Position numbers and translations under genes: made by a program
Source: Mycobacterium leprae TN
GTDB lineage: Bacteria; Actinomycetota; Actinomycetes; Mycobacteriales; Mycobacteriaceae
Assembly (NCBI RefSeq): GCF_000195855.1
Contig: NC_002677.1
Coordinates: 2,880,001-2,912,000, forward strand
DNA length: 32,000 nucleotides
Direction: 5' to 3'
In this document: one piece after another, positions 9,620 through 18,950 of the stretch
Layout of the letters: every line of letters starts with the position of its first letter
How positions within the stretch are numbered: the stretch's first letter is position 1
The notes under the pieces: generated by a model
Databases searched by the model: none
Told to the model about the DNA's origin: nothing
The model's input: the letters and a program-made list of their open reading frames with translations, nothing else

Positions 9620-11240
9620 TGGTGATTGCACGGGATGGTGTGGTCCGAACCCTTGAAGTCCAAACATCCCGTCCAGTACACCAGCACGCCCGTTGAACGA
9701 ACGAGTGATCACCAATGCGGCCGGTGTTCCCAATTGTCTTCGATGAACCGAGTGATTGAACTTTGGCCAGTTAGCGTGTGGTCCACAAAACTTACTTTGG
9801 TACATAACGCTATGATCAGCAGCGGTAGCCGCGTGCCAGACCAGCATCGTCCTTGGTGAACGATGAAGCATGCCGGCCCGGATCTCAGCATTTGTCTGGG
9901 CCGTCCAGAGCGTCTTCAGCTGTGGCGGAAGCGGCTTACACGACCAGAGGGGGCTGGTGGTCGTATAAGCCGTCTGAATCGTCATAGGCTATGATGATGG
10001 CCATATCCCACCATTTCGGGTGCTTCCGCAGATGGTTGACCATATTAACGAGAAACTGTTGTTCGTCGAGCGGACCGGAGTAACCGGCGTGCATATCTTG
10101 GTAGCCTAGCGGTTTCAGAATGCTCATCGCTGGCAGGTCGCCCACATCGACGGGTGCCCAAAAATCCGATAGGCTGTATTTTGGTGGATGGCCGTATCGG
10201 TGAAGCTGACCTTGCCGGTCGCGCTCGGCGGCAGATGGTCCAGGTTTGCCGTGGATGAGTAGTACTGAAACAGCTCGTGGTAGACCAGGTAGTCAGCTCT
10301 AGTTTCGAACGGCAAAGCTCCAGTCTTGCCGGTGCCACCCAAGACCGTACTCATGTTGTGCGTTGCACCGCATTCCACCGGCAACGTCGGGCTTGCGGCC
10401 GCTGGGTTTGAAATCGCTTTTGTTTGAAACCGCCTTGAAACTTGAAAAATAGTCTCGGTGAAGCCTTTCGCATTGAGCAGTTCACCAATGTTTTTGGCGT
10501 CAGCGCTGAACTGCACCTGCTCCCGTTAGGAACAATCGTCACCTAACGATTAGGGATCTTCGATCAAAGTGTTTTGTCCGTTGCTTGCAACGTCAATGAC
10601 TATACGAGGCCGGAACGGTTCCCTATAACAGTGTGAGTGAATATGGTTATTGTTCTATAAGTGTAACCCGACACCAAGTTGATGCGGCTTGGCGTAGAAG
10701 GGCCGAAGATGGTACCGGTGGAAGTTGTCCCTCATTGAGTACCCTCGGGCGTAGTTCCACAGCAGAGTAACCGAGTTGGCGTCGTAGTTTAAGGACATCA
10801 CCAAGCCAAGAACTCCAAAGAACAGCGGTGCACATGGGTCACCCTCGTCGTGTTCAACACGCCGATCCATGGCACCACCATGGGCAGACATGTAGCTCGG
10901 TTTGGTATTCGTACTGCTGATCGCAGGTCAGCTGCTGACCCGGTCCGCTCAAACGCATCGGCTGCACCAAGTTGGGATTGTGCGTCAACAAATCTGGCGT
11001 TAGACCGTTGACCGTAAGAGTGTATGGTTTGGCCATGCAAGGTTGGCTATCGATGTTGGCGACATAATGACTAGGTTCCGAAGTAGTGGTCAAATGTAGA
11101 TGTTCTATTGGAAGATGACCACTCGATGGTGTATTGGGGTCGCAGTTACCGGTCCCGCACTCGGGGTCTTGGATCTGTGAGAGCACGCCGCGACAAGAGC
11201 AACCACCGCGGCCGCTGCTTAGGAAACCGCACACCCGTTG
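9620..11240 (-). pseudogene. AcpA/phospholipase C-family phosphoesterase pseudogene
   Basis: Minus-strand fragments occur in the expected N-to-C order: LTCDQQYEY, LLWNYARGYSMRDNF, NIGELLNAKG, DYLVYHELFQYYSSTANLDHLPP, YQDMHAGYSGPLDEQQFLVNMVNHLRKHPKWWDMAIIIAYDDSDGLYDHQPP, ITRFIEDNW and GVLDGMFGL. They are spread over at least 4 frames with stops. Confidence 0.7.
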
Positions 11241-11559
11241 GGCAGGACGCGTTGCGAAAACACGAATTCAAGTGACCGTTGGGCTGCAATGACATTTAGC
11301 AGACCCATACCCAACCTTATGGGCCTTAAAGGCACCCATTAGGTTAACGGCATAGGAACGGACCGCCTATCAGGAGTCGAACTGTTTTATCACTGTCTCT
11401 ACAGACCCTGAAATGCTAGGTAGATCTACATTGCTCTCGGATGTAGCGTAGCTCGACCAGCAAAGCGCCCGGCCGTCGCGGCATTATGACGCCCGTCGCC
11501 TAAACACACGCCGTGGTGGTCGACTGCCAGCGCCAGGACAAGCGCTGCAGTGGTGTTGC

Positions 11560-12380
11560 GTGCACTTTGTGCGCCATCCTGGATACACGCGAACCGCAAG
11601 CTGCGCCGCAACCCCTGGCACTCACCCCGTTTCAGACCTTTACGGCAGGTAACATCGTACCGACCAGGCTCACCAGCTCGTTCATCTCAACGGGTCGCGA
11701 CGGCGTCAAGACCAACTGGGTTGTCGCTTCGCGGCCGGGCAAGACCGGGATGCTGCGTACAGTGATTGTGTTGCACGGCAAGAGTGGCAACGCAGACATG
11801 ATGCCCGAAGCGTGCTTGGAGGGCGCACTCACCCAACTAGCCAAGGCGGGCCGACACCATTCCCCGAGGTAGGCGTCGATGGTGATGATACCTACTGGCA
11901 CCGACGTGCATCTGGCGTGGACTCCGACGCTATGGTACTTGAAAAGCATCCTGACGATGCGCTGTCCTCAATGGATATGGGGCACTTCCTGGGCTGGTAG
12001 ATAGGCGAATACAGGGCGCTGCTGCTGAGCACCCGGCCGGGGCCATCGCGAACTGCAGGGATCTGCGCGATCACCCCGGCATTGTTTACCTCATTCACCG
12101 ATCGCATCCCCGGCGCGTTTGACAGCTACGACGATTGGGTACAACACAGCGTAGTAGGGTCTCCTGGCACTTTCGTAGCTCCCGCTGTGGGTGGACTGCG
12201 CACCAGCGACCACCTCATATTTCTATTTCGCCACCTGCCAATTCGTCAACCAACTGAACTCTCCACTGAAGTGGATTTTCCCCAGGAGAGCAAGATATTT
12301 CGTATTGCCGAAAGCAGCTACCCGGCAAGTTGGACCAGCTGGCCTCCTAGCGGAAGTGGACAGACAACGAATTCATGACA
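11560..12380 (+). pseudogene. Alpha/beta-hydrolase (putative esterase, Rv0519c-like) pseudogene
   Basis: Plus-strand fragments: RTVIVLHGKSGNADMM, VGVDGDDTYWHRRASGVDSDAMVLE and PGAFDSYDDWVQHSV. Typical of the putative esterase fold, but broken into three or more frames. Confidence 0.5.
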
Positions 12381-12426
12381 GACACAGTAAGAAAATACCG
12401 TCCGTCCTCGCCGCCGAGCAAAGTTG

Positions 12427-12697
12427 CGTGGATTCCACCCGGACATCGAGGGCTTGCGTGCCGTCGCGGTGTTCGCGGTGCTATGCTACCTAGCCAGGCT
12501 AGGAAACGGTAACGACCGGTGCGATGAGGTTACTACCCCGATCTAATTGACCTGTTCTGCACCCCCGACAGCTGCCCGATGATCGTCGGCAGTACCTTGG
12601 TGTCCCGGTACGACAACTATGTGACACCCCCAAGCACGCGCAGTTGCTGGCACTCGCCATCGACGCGGTAGCCGATCGCGCCCTGGCCGAAGGCTGA
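12427..12697 (+). pseudogene. Acyltransferase-3/SGNH family remnant (N- and C-terminal ends only)
   Basis: N-terminal-type motif FHPDIEGLRAVAVFAVLCYLA at about 12430-12495. About 40 bp later comes a C-terminal-type motif DLFCTPDSCPMIVGSTLVSRYDNYVTP, then (frameshifted) KHAQLLALAIDAVADRALAEG*. This implies a large internal deletion. Confidence 0.35.
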
Positions 12698-13007
12698 GGC
12701 CAATCAACACGTTAGCGAATATGGTCAAGCTGCTGCGGTGAACTTCTTGCTAAAGCCACTCGTCCTATATATTTCCTATTACTGAAAGGTTTGAGTAGAT
12801 TTGAGATGACGATGTTGCTGGTCTGCCTGTCTACTGGCCGGGCTTGGCCTTGTGCTGCTGCAGGAGCGGCTGGAACGCTAGACTTACTAGTGGAGAACGC
12901 GCAAAAATAACAAGTATTGCGCTACTTAACTTTTCACCTCACTTTTGGAGAGCAGTCAGACACTGATATGGCCACGCCACCCCGACAACCGCCAGGATCC
13001 CGGCGAG

Positions 13008-13049
13008 CGTTCCCAACAACAAGGTTTACGTTCCCAACAACAAGGTTTA
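13008..13049. repeat. Perfect 21-bp tandem duplication (cgttcccaacaacaaggttta x2)
   Basis: Copy 1 is 13008-13028 and copy 2 is 13029-13049, identical by direct reading. Confidence 0.95.
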
Positions 13050-13078
13050 GTAGTAGCTGCTGAGGATAATGCACACCA

Positions 13079-13124
13079 ACATTGTGATCGGTGCCCGTCT
13101 ACGACGGGCAACCGATCACAATGT
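13079..13124. repeat. Long imperfect inverted repeat / hairpin (21 bp paired, one bulged base, 3-nt loop)
   Basis: acattgtgatcggtgcccgtc (13079-13099) pairs with gacgggcaaccgatcacaatgt (13103-13124), with a110 bulged. Read directly. Confidence 0.85.
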
Positions 13125-13421
13125 AACGCGAGCGCAACCACCTCACCTCAGCTCCCACAAACATGAGAAAAGGCCAAACCGAATTCGATCATCGTTCGAT
13201 AACGACCGTTCACCGCGGTGACGCGTTGTTGTCACTACCGACTTCGGTGACACATCCGATCAGGCGGGCTCCACACGCTCCTGAACCAGCGGAGTTAGCA
13301 CTGCCCGAGGATGAACGACCAGGCCTGCGCGATGCGCTCCTAGTTGAGCTTCAGTCCGATGCCAACGCAGCCGTGCAGCACCCCGACCAATGCGCCAAGC
13401 GCCGACCGCCACAGCTACAAC

Positions 13422-13470
13422 TTCTTATCGAACGCCGGTAAATTCTTTCTTATTGAACGCCGGTAAATTC
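13422..13470. repeat. Imperfect 24/25-bp tandem duplication (ttcttatcgaacgccggtaaattc / tttcttattgaacgccggtaaattc)
   Basis: Copies at 13422-13445 and 13446-13470 differ by one substitution and one extra T. The second copy contains the stop codon (13450-13452) of the 103-aa minus-strand ORF. Confidence 0.9.
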
Positions 13471-13761
13471 TCGATTTCCGGATAGGATCTTCACGATTTC
13501 GGCAACAAGGATCGTCTCGACGCCCCGACACAGGGCACCGTAGGTCGGTTCGACTGAAGACTGGATTTGCGCCGGCTTCACCTGGAGGCCTACAAACCAA
13601 GACACCAGAACCAGAAAAATCAACAGGACCACCAGCTGCATCGGAGCACCACTCCCAAAATGCCAATGAAAATCACGGCCGCCGCTGCCGCTGGTACCGA
13701 TCCAGTTGGCGCCGGACTCATAAAACAAAGGCTTGCGATTGGCCTCCGTTTTTGCCGTCAT
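13450..13761 (-). CDS. Hypothetical small membrane protein, possibly a truncated Rv0513-like gene
   Basis: 103-aa ORF starting 37 nt downstream of the hemB stop on the same strand. One clear TM helix (MQLVVLLIFLVLVSWFVGL). No recognisable domain. TM-like fragments with in-frame stops continue downstream (13170-13415), so it may be a pseudogene piece. Confidence 0.35.
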   Translation of the reverse strand: MTAKTEANRKPLFYESGANWIGTSGSGGRDFHWHFGSGAPMQLVVLLIFLVLVSWFVGLQVKPAQIQSSVEPTYGALCRGVETILVAEIVKILSGNREFTGVQ

Positions 13762-13798
13762 CTACAGCCCCATCTCGTGATTGTGGCCTATAGACTCG

Positions 13799-14788
13799 TC
13801 AAGAAAGCCAACACGCCACATCAGCGGCCCAATAGGTGAACACGATATCCGCCCCAGCGCGCCGGATACTTGTCAACGACTCCAGCACAGCGGCACGTTC
13901 GTCAATCCAGTTGTTTGCGGCCGCAGCGCAAATCATCGCGTACTCCCCCGAGACTTGATAGGCAGCTACCGGAACCGGCGAAACACCGGCTGCCGTAGCA
14001 ACGACGTCCAGATACCCCGAAGCGGGTTTGATCATGATAATGTCTGCACCCTCGTCGAGATCCAACTTGATTTCGCGCAACGCCTCGCGGGCATTGCCTG
14101 GTTCCTGCTGGTAGGTGCGTCGGTCACCGGACAAGCTGCAGCTCACCGCCTCGCGGAATGGTCCGTAGAACGCCGAAGAAAACTTCGCAGCGTAAGCCAG
14201 GATCGCTACGTCGGCATAGCCTGCACTGTCAAGTCCGTCTCGGAGCGCACCTATTTGGCCGTCCATCATCCCGCTCGGACCAACCACGTTAGCACCGGAT
14301 TCCGCTTGTGCCACAGCAAGTTCCACATACCGTGCCACGGTGGCGTCGTTGTCCACTCGGCCCTGCCCGTCTAGGACGCCGCAGTGCCCGTGGTCGGTAA
14401 ACTCGTCCAGACAGGTGTCGGCCATCAACACGGTGGCATCACCGAGATCCTCGGCCAGATCGCGAAGAGCGACATTGAGGATGCCATCGGGATCTACCCC
14501 AGCCGAGCCAGTTGCATCCTTATCCTGGTCGCGGGGCACGCCAAACAGGTTCAATCCACCTACCCCGGCATCGACGGCAGCGACAGCAGCGCGACGCAGC
14601 GAATCCCGGGTGTGCTGCACAACACCCGGCATGGAAGCAATTGGCCGCAGCTCGTCAATACCGTCAGCAACGAACATCGGCAGCACCAAATTCCTTGGCT
14701 CCAGAGAAGTCTGCGCCACCAGGCGGCGCATCGCGGGGGTTGAGCGAAGCCGGCGCGGCCGGTGCCGCGGGTAACCACTGACGCTCAC
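13799..14788 (-). CDS. hemB: Delta-aminolevulinic acid dehydratase (porphobilinogen synthase)
   Basis: 329-aa ORF with an N-terminal RPRRLR motif and the active-site lysine region DIIMIKPASGYLD. Follows cysG/hemD in hem operon order. Confidence 0.95.
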   Translation of the reverse strand: MSVSGYPRHRPRRLRSTPAMRRLVAQTSLEPRNLVLPMFVADGIDELRPIASMPGVVQHTRDSLRRAAVAAVDAGVGGLNLFGVPRDQDKDATGSAGVDPDGILNVALRDLAEDLGDATVLMADTCLDEFTDHGHCGVLDGQGRVDNDATVARYVELAVAQAESGANVVGPSGMMDGQIGALRDGLDSAGYADVAILAYAAKFSSAFYGPFREAVSCSLSGDRRTYQQEPGNAREALREIKLDLDEGADIIMIKPASGYLDVVATAAGVSPVPVAAYQVSGEYAMICAAAANNWIDERAAVLESLTSIRRAGADIVFTYWAADVACWLS

Positions 14789-14834
14789 TGACTGCCTACT
14801 GCCGCGCCCGTCCTAACCGTGCTCACGATCACTA

Positions 14835-16526
14835 CTAGCGCCTGCGGCTCTTCTTGCGCGGTGGAGGCAGCGCGCCTTCGGCGCGCAGTCGAGCGACATG
14901 TTCGGCCAACGCATCAACTAACGGTCCAACCGCGGCGGTTTCGGGCTGGACATCCACCCGCAAACCAAATTCGGAAGCGGTCTCAGCAGTCTTGGGTCCG
15001 ATGCAGGCAATGACCGTCCGCGCGTGCGGTTTGCCGGCAATACCAACCAAGTTACGCACCGTGGAGCTGGAGGTGAAGCACACTGCATCGAAGCCACCCG
15101 TCTTGATCATTTCCCGGGTGGCCGCCGGCGGCGGTGCCGCCCGCACCGTCCGATAAGCGGTGACGTCCTCGATCTCCCAGCCACACCCGCGCAGTCCCTC
15201 AGCCAGGGTTTCGGTGGCAATGTCAGCGCGCGGCAGCAAAACACGGTTCACCGGGTCGAAAACGCTGTCATAAGGCGGGAATTCGTCCAGTAGACCGAGG
15301 GAAGACTGTTCCCCAGCCGGCACCAGCTCCGGGCTGATCCCGAATGCACGGACCCTGTCGGCAGTCGCTTCTCCGACACAGGCGATCTTCACCCCGGAGA
15401 AGGCGCGGGCATCCAGACCGAACTCGCCAAACTTCTCCCACACCGCGCGCACCGCGTTGGTGGAGGTGAACACCACCCATTGGAAACGACCGTCGACCAG
15501 CCCCTTGACAGCACGTTCCATCTGAGCGGGACTGCGCGGCGGCTCGACAGCGATGGTCGGCACCTCAACCGGCAACGCACCGTACGACGTCAGCCGCTCG
15601 CTCATCTCGCCGGCCTGGTCCTTGGTACGCGGTACCAACACGGTCCAGCCGTAGAGTGCACGGCTTTCCCACCAGTTCAGTCTAGCTCGACTGGTCACCG
15701 TCTTGCCTATGGTCACCACCAGCGGCCCGGTCAGCGGGCCTGCGGTATCGGTGCCGACCAGGACAGCCGAGTCAGCCAATCCCTCCAATGTGGTTTCGAC
15801 AGAACGTTGCTGGCAGGTCGTGCCCTGAGCGGTCACCACGCAGGGTGTGGCGTCGTCCAGCCCGTGGTCGATCAAGATGTGCGCCGCGTCGGCAAGATGT
15901 GATGCGGTGGCTTGCAGAATCAACGGCCCAGGAGCCGCGGCTAGCGCTTCCCAGTCCACGTCGCCACGTACATCAGCCACCGTGTGCGACGAACCCAAGG
16001 GTAGCCCGGCATAGGTTGGTACGACGCTGCTGGTGACCAAGCCGGGCACGATCTCGATTTGTAGATTGGTGCGTGCCACAGCGTTCACCTCGGCTATGAC
16101 CGCGTCCACCGTCAACGGATCACCCGCCACTAAGCGCACCACATCAACACCGGAACGAGCCTCGGCGGTCAGCGTTTTGGCGACCTCAGTAGGGTCACCC
16201 AACGCAGGGCGGATGTCGGCGCCTCCGGACATGACCATCGGTGCGGCTTGGTAGTGATCCCCCTCGAGGGTACCGTCAGCAGCCCTGCCGGCGGTCACGG
16301 CAGCCGGACCGGCAGGCGCCGGACCAGAGACCGGTGGCAAGTCCTTGCCAATCAGCGCCAGCACCGGTTCAGGTACATCGGGGTCGATAAAAACAAGGGC
16401 GGCGTTTGCTAGCACCGCTACAGCCTGAGCAGTTAGTAACCCTGGGGCTCCTGGACCGGCGCCCACAAATGTGATGCGACCTGGTCTAAGCTTACGCCCT
16501 CGCGTCGTCATTGTCGCTCCCACCAC
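14835..16526 (-). CDS. cysG: Bifunctional uroporphyrin-III C-methyltransferase / uroporphyrinogen-III synthase
   Basis: 563-aa ORF. The N-terminal tetrapyrrole methylase motif is ITFVGAGPGAPGLLT. The C-terminal half is HemD-like (WTVLVPRTKDQAGEMSERL... FTSSSTVRNL). Fusion architecture as I recall for Rv0511. Confidence 0.88.
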   Translation of the reverse strand: MVGATMTTRGRKLRPGRITFVGAGPGAPGLLTAQAVAVLANAALVFIDPDVPEPVLALIGKDLPPVSGPAPAGPAAVTAGRAADGTLEGDHYQAAPMVMSGGADIRPALGDPTEVAKTLTAEARSGVDVVRLVAGDPLTVDAVIAEVNAVARTNLQIEIVPGLVTSSVVPTYAGLPLGSSHTVADVRGDVDWEALAAAPGPLILQATASHLADAAHILIDHGLDDATPCVVTAQGTTCQQRSVETTLEGLADSAVLVGTDTAGPLTGPLVVTIGKTVTSRARLNWWESRALYGWTVLVPRTKDQAGEMSERLTSYGALPVEVPTIAVEPPRSPAQMERAVKGLVDGRFQWVVFTSTNAVRAVWEKFGEFGLDARAFSGVKIACVGEATADRVRAFGISPELVPAGEQSSLGLLDEFPPYDSVFDPVNRVLLPRADIATETLAEGLRGCGWEIEDVTAYRTVRAAPPPAATREMIKTGGFDAVCFTSSSTVRNLVGIAGKPHARTVIACIGPKTAETASEFGLRVDVQPETAAVGPLVDALAEHVARLRAEGALPPPRKKSRRR

Positions 16527-16532
16527 TCCCGT

Positions 16533-17489
16533 TCAACTTCCTCGCGCCCGGTCTGACCGCGCTCCCCACATCAGCTCCCGGGCACCCAGCTCAAACAGCT
16601 CCACGGCAACTGCTAGCCCAAGCTCGCTCGCCCGACCGGACGTGCTGATGCCGGACGCGCGGATCACGTCGGATCCGTCCAACGCCGCCACGCAGCCGCG
16701 CAACGACAACTCTTCGAAGACGCGGCCTTCCCCATCGATGGACTCGACCACTTGAGCGATCGCGCCCACCGGTGCGGAGCAGCCGGCCTCCAGTTCGGCG
16801 AGCAGGACTCGCTCCGCGGTGACCGCCGCACGTGTGTCGGCATCGTCCAACGCCGCCAGCACCGCCACCAACCGACTGTCACCAGCGCGGCATTCGACCG
16901 CGATCGCGCCTTGAGCCGGTGCTGGCACCATCTGCACCGGATCTAACGTCTCGGTGACTTCATCGAGGCGGCCCAGCCGGGCCAACCCGGCCCGGGCCAC
17001 CACGATGGCGTCAAGATCGCCACTGCTTACCCTGTTCAACCTGGTATCTAGGTTGCCTCGTAGGGGGCGAATTTCCAAACCGAGACCCAATGCCCTAAGC
17101 TGAGCTGCCCGCCGCGGCGATGACGTGCCTACCAGCGATCCAGCCGGCAATTCAGCAAGAACCAGCTCATCGCGAGTTACCACTGCGTCGCGGGGGTCAT
17201 TTCGTGGAGGAATCGCCGCTACCGTGAACCGCGGATCGTCAGCAGTTGGCAAATCCTTGTACGAGTGCACCGCAGCATCGACGCAGCCCTCTTCGATAGC
17301 CGCACGCAATGCGGTGGTGAAGACGCCCACACCTAGACTGTCGATAGACGCAGACGACTGATCGCCCGCGGTATTGACGATCACCAACTCCGCAGGATGC
17401 CCGTTGGCTATGAGAGCGTCTCTAACGAGCGCAGCCTGAGTGGTGGCTAACAAGCTACCCCGAGTGCCTATCCGGATCACGTGGGCCAA
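16533..17489 (-). CDS. hemC: Porphobilinogen deaminase (hydroxymethylbilane synthase)
   Basis: 318-aa ORF with N-terminal [15 protein letters not shown] and RGNLDTRL motifs. TTG start at 17489, 4 nt after the hemA stop. Confidence 0.93.
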   Translation of the reverse strand: MAHVIRIGTRGSLLATTQAALVRDALIANGHPAELVIVNTAGDQSSASIDSLGVGVFTTALRAAIEEGCVDAAVHSYKDLPTADDPRFTVAAIPPRNDPRDAVVTRDELVLAELPAGSLVGTSSPRRAAQLRALGLGLEIRPLRGNLDTRLNRVSSGDLDAIVVARAGLARLGRLDEVTETLDPVQMVPAPAQGAIAVECRAGDSRLVAVLAALDDADTRAAVTAERVLLAELEAGCSAPVGAIAQVVESIDGEGRVFEELSLRGCVAALDGSDVIRASGISTSGRASELGLAVAVELFELGARELMWGARSDRARGS

Positions 17490-17493
17490 TCAA

Positions 17494-18897
17494 CTACTCG
17501 GCGTGATATTTTGAGCTGCTCTGGGCAGGGCTTGTGCCGTACCTAGTGGTATCGCTGAACCCACTTACCATCACTGGTAATTCACCCGCGGTGGCGACCG
17601 CGTCGACAGCGGTCTGATCAAGCTCGAAAAGCTCACGCAGCGCCTCGGTGTAGCTGTCACCGCCGGGAGCACTGGCAAGCTGCTTGATCCGCACGGTAGG
17701 CGCGTGTAGCAGCTTGTCCACCACCCGTCGCACGGTGCGTGCCACCTCCTCGCGCTGAGCGCTTTCCAGCCCTGGCAGCCGGTGGTCTAGGCGCAGTAAC
17801 TCCGCTTCGACCACATCGGCAGCTCGCTGACGCAACGCTGTCACCGTCGGGGCCACCTCGGCCATCCGCTGCCTAGTCAGATATGTGGCCACTTCAGCCG
17901 CCACAATGCGGCGCGCGGCATCGACGTCGGCGGCACTGGCACGGGCCGACGGTTCACGCTGCACGCCTTCCACATCGACGACCCAAACGCCGGGCAGTTT
18001 GGCCACAGCCGGATCCACGTCACGCGGCATGCCCAAATCGCATATCACCAGCGGCCGAGTCGTTTCGTCACGGCGCATAGCGGCCAATGCATGATGCACG
18101 TCAGCCAGCGAAACCACGGGGCTTACCGCCCCCGTACAGCTGACCACTAGGTCAGCGTCCGCCAATGCTTCGTCAAGGTGATTAAGAGTCCACACGTCGG
18201 CCGGCACGCCCGATTCACCGATCTTGCCGGCCAGCCGCCGCGCTCGAGACAACGACCGGTTGAGTACATGTATACGTCCGACGTTGGCCTGCGTCAGGTA
18301 CGACGACGAGAGTGCACCCATCGCGCCAGCGCCAATCACCACCGCGATCCGGCCCGCCAGCCCGCCCAATGTGCGTCCAGCTATGCCAAGGGCGACCGAC
18401 ACCACCGAGACCCCGGCAGCGTCAATGGCAGTTTCGGAATGCACCCGCTTACCCACCGACAACGCTCGTTGGGCCACCTCATGCAACACCTGGCCTACCG
18501 TGCGATTAGCCTCAGCGGCGGCATACGCGCGACGCACCTGACCCAGCACCTGCTGCTCGCCGACCACCGCTGAATCCAGACCGCTGGCAACCGTGAACAA
18601 GTGCTCGACAGCAGCCTCGCTGTAGCGTACATAAGCGTATTTGGTCAGGTCCCCGATCGACATCGCGGAGTATTCCGACAGCACTTGCCCAATCACTGAT
18701 AATCCCGCGTGGAACGCTTCCACCACGGCGTAAACCTCGACACGGTTACAGGTCGACAGCACCATCGCCTCGGTCACCAGCGGGGACTGCAGCACCCGGT
18801 CGACGATCTTGATCTGATCGGATCTGTCCAGGCTGAGTTGTTCTAAGACAGAGACCGGCGCACTGCGGTGCGAAACCCCGAAGAGCAAGATGCTCAC
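17494..18897 (-). CDS. hemA: Glutamyl-tRNA reductase
   Basis: 467-aa ORF with the catalytic Cys motif STCNRVEVY and an NADPH-binding [11 protein letters not shown] start at 18897 with GGAGG/AAGGGAG purine-rich sequence upstream. Confidence 0.95.
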   Translation of the reverse strand: MSILLFGVSHRSAPVSVLEQLSLDRSDQIKIVDRVLQSPLVTEAMVLSTCNRVEVYAVVEAFHAGLSVIGQVLSEYSAMSIGDLTKYAYVRYSEAAVEHLFTVASGLDSAVVGEQQVLGQVRRAYAAAEANRTVGQVLHEVAQRALSVGKRVHSETAIDAAGVSVVSVALGIAGRTLGGLAGRIAVVIGAGAMGALSSSYLTQANVGRIHVLNRSLSRARRLAGKIGESGVPADVWTLNHLDEALADADLVVSCTGAVSPVVSLADVHHALAAMRRDETTRPLVICDLGMPRDVDPAVAKLPGVWVVDVEGVQREPSARASAADVDAARRIVAAEVATYLTRQRMAEVAPTVTALRQRAADVVEAELLRLDHRLPGLESAQREEVARTVRRVVDKLLHAPTVRIKQLASAPGGDSYTEALRELFELDQTAVDAVATAGELPVMVSGFSDTTRYGTSPAQSSSKYHAE

Positions 18898-18950
18898 GGC
18901 AGCATCACTTGGCCAGCTCCCTTGCTTTCCTCCAGTAGTCAGGCTGGTGT

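Noticed and set aside
8326-13470. Could the short tandem repeats be a CRISPR array?
   Set aside because: Each is only two directly abutting copies with no spacers, the units are unrelated to each other, and there are no cas genes. They are simple slippage duplications.
6069-13798. Insertion sequence or RLEP-type dispersed repeat in the decayed tract
   Set aside because: No transposase-like translation was seen in any frame, I could find no terminal inverted repeats flanking a unit, and I did not see the RLEP primer-region sequences I remember. A genome-wide BLASTN is still needed to exclude dispersed repeats.
13781-14374. 197-aa plus-strand ORF and further plus-strand ORFs (14340-14781) over hemB
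   Set aside because: Antisense to a clearly intact hemB, with Arg/Ser-rich low-complexity translation. Shadow ORFs.
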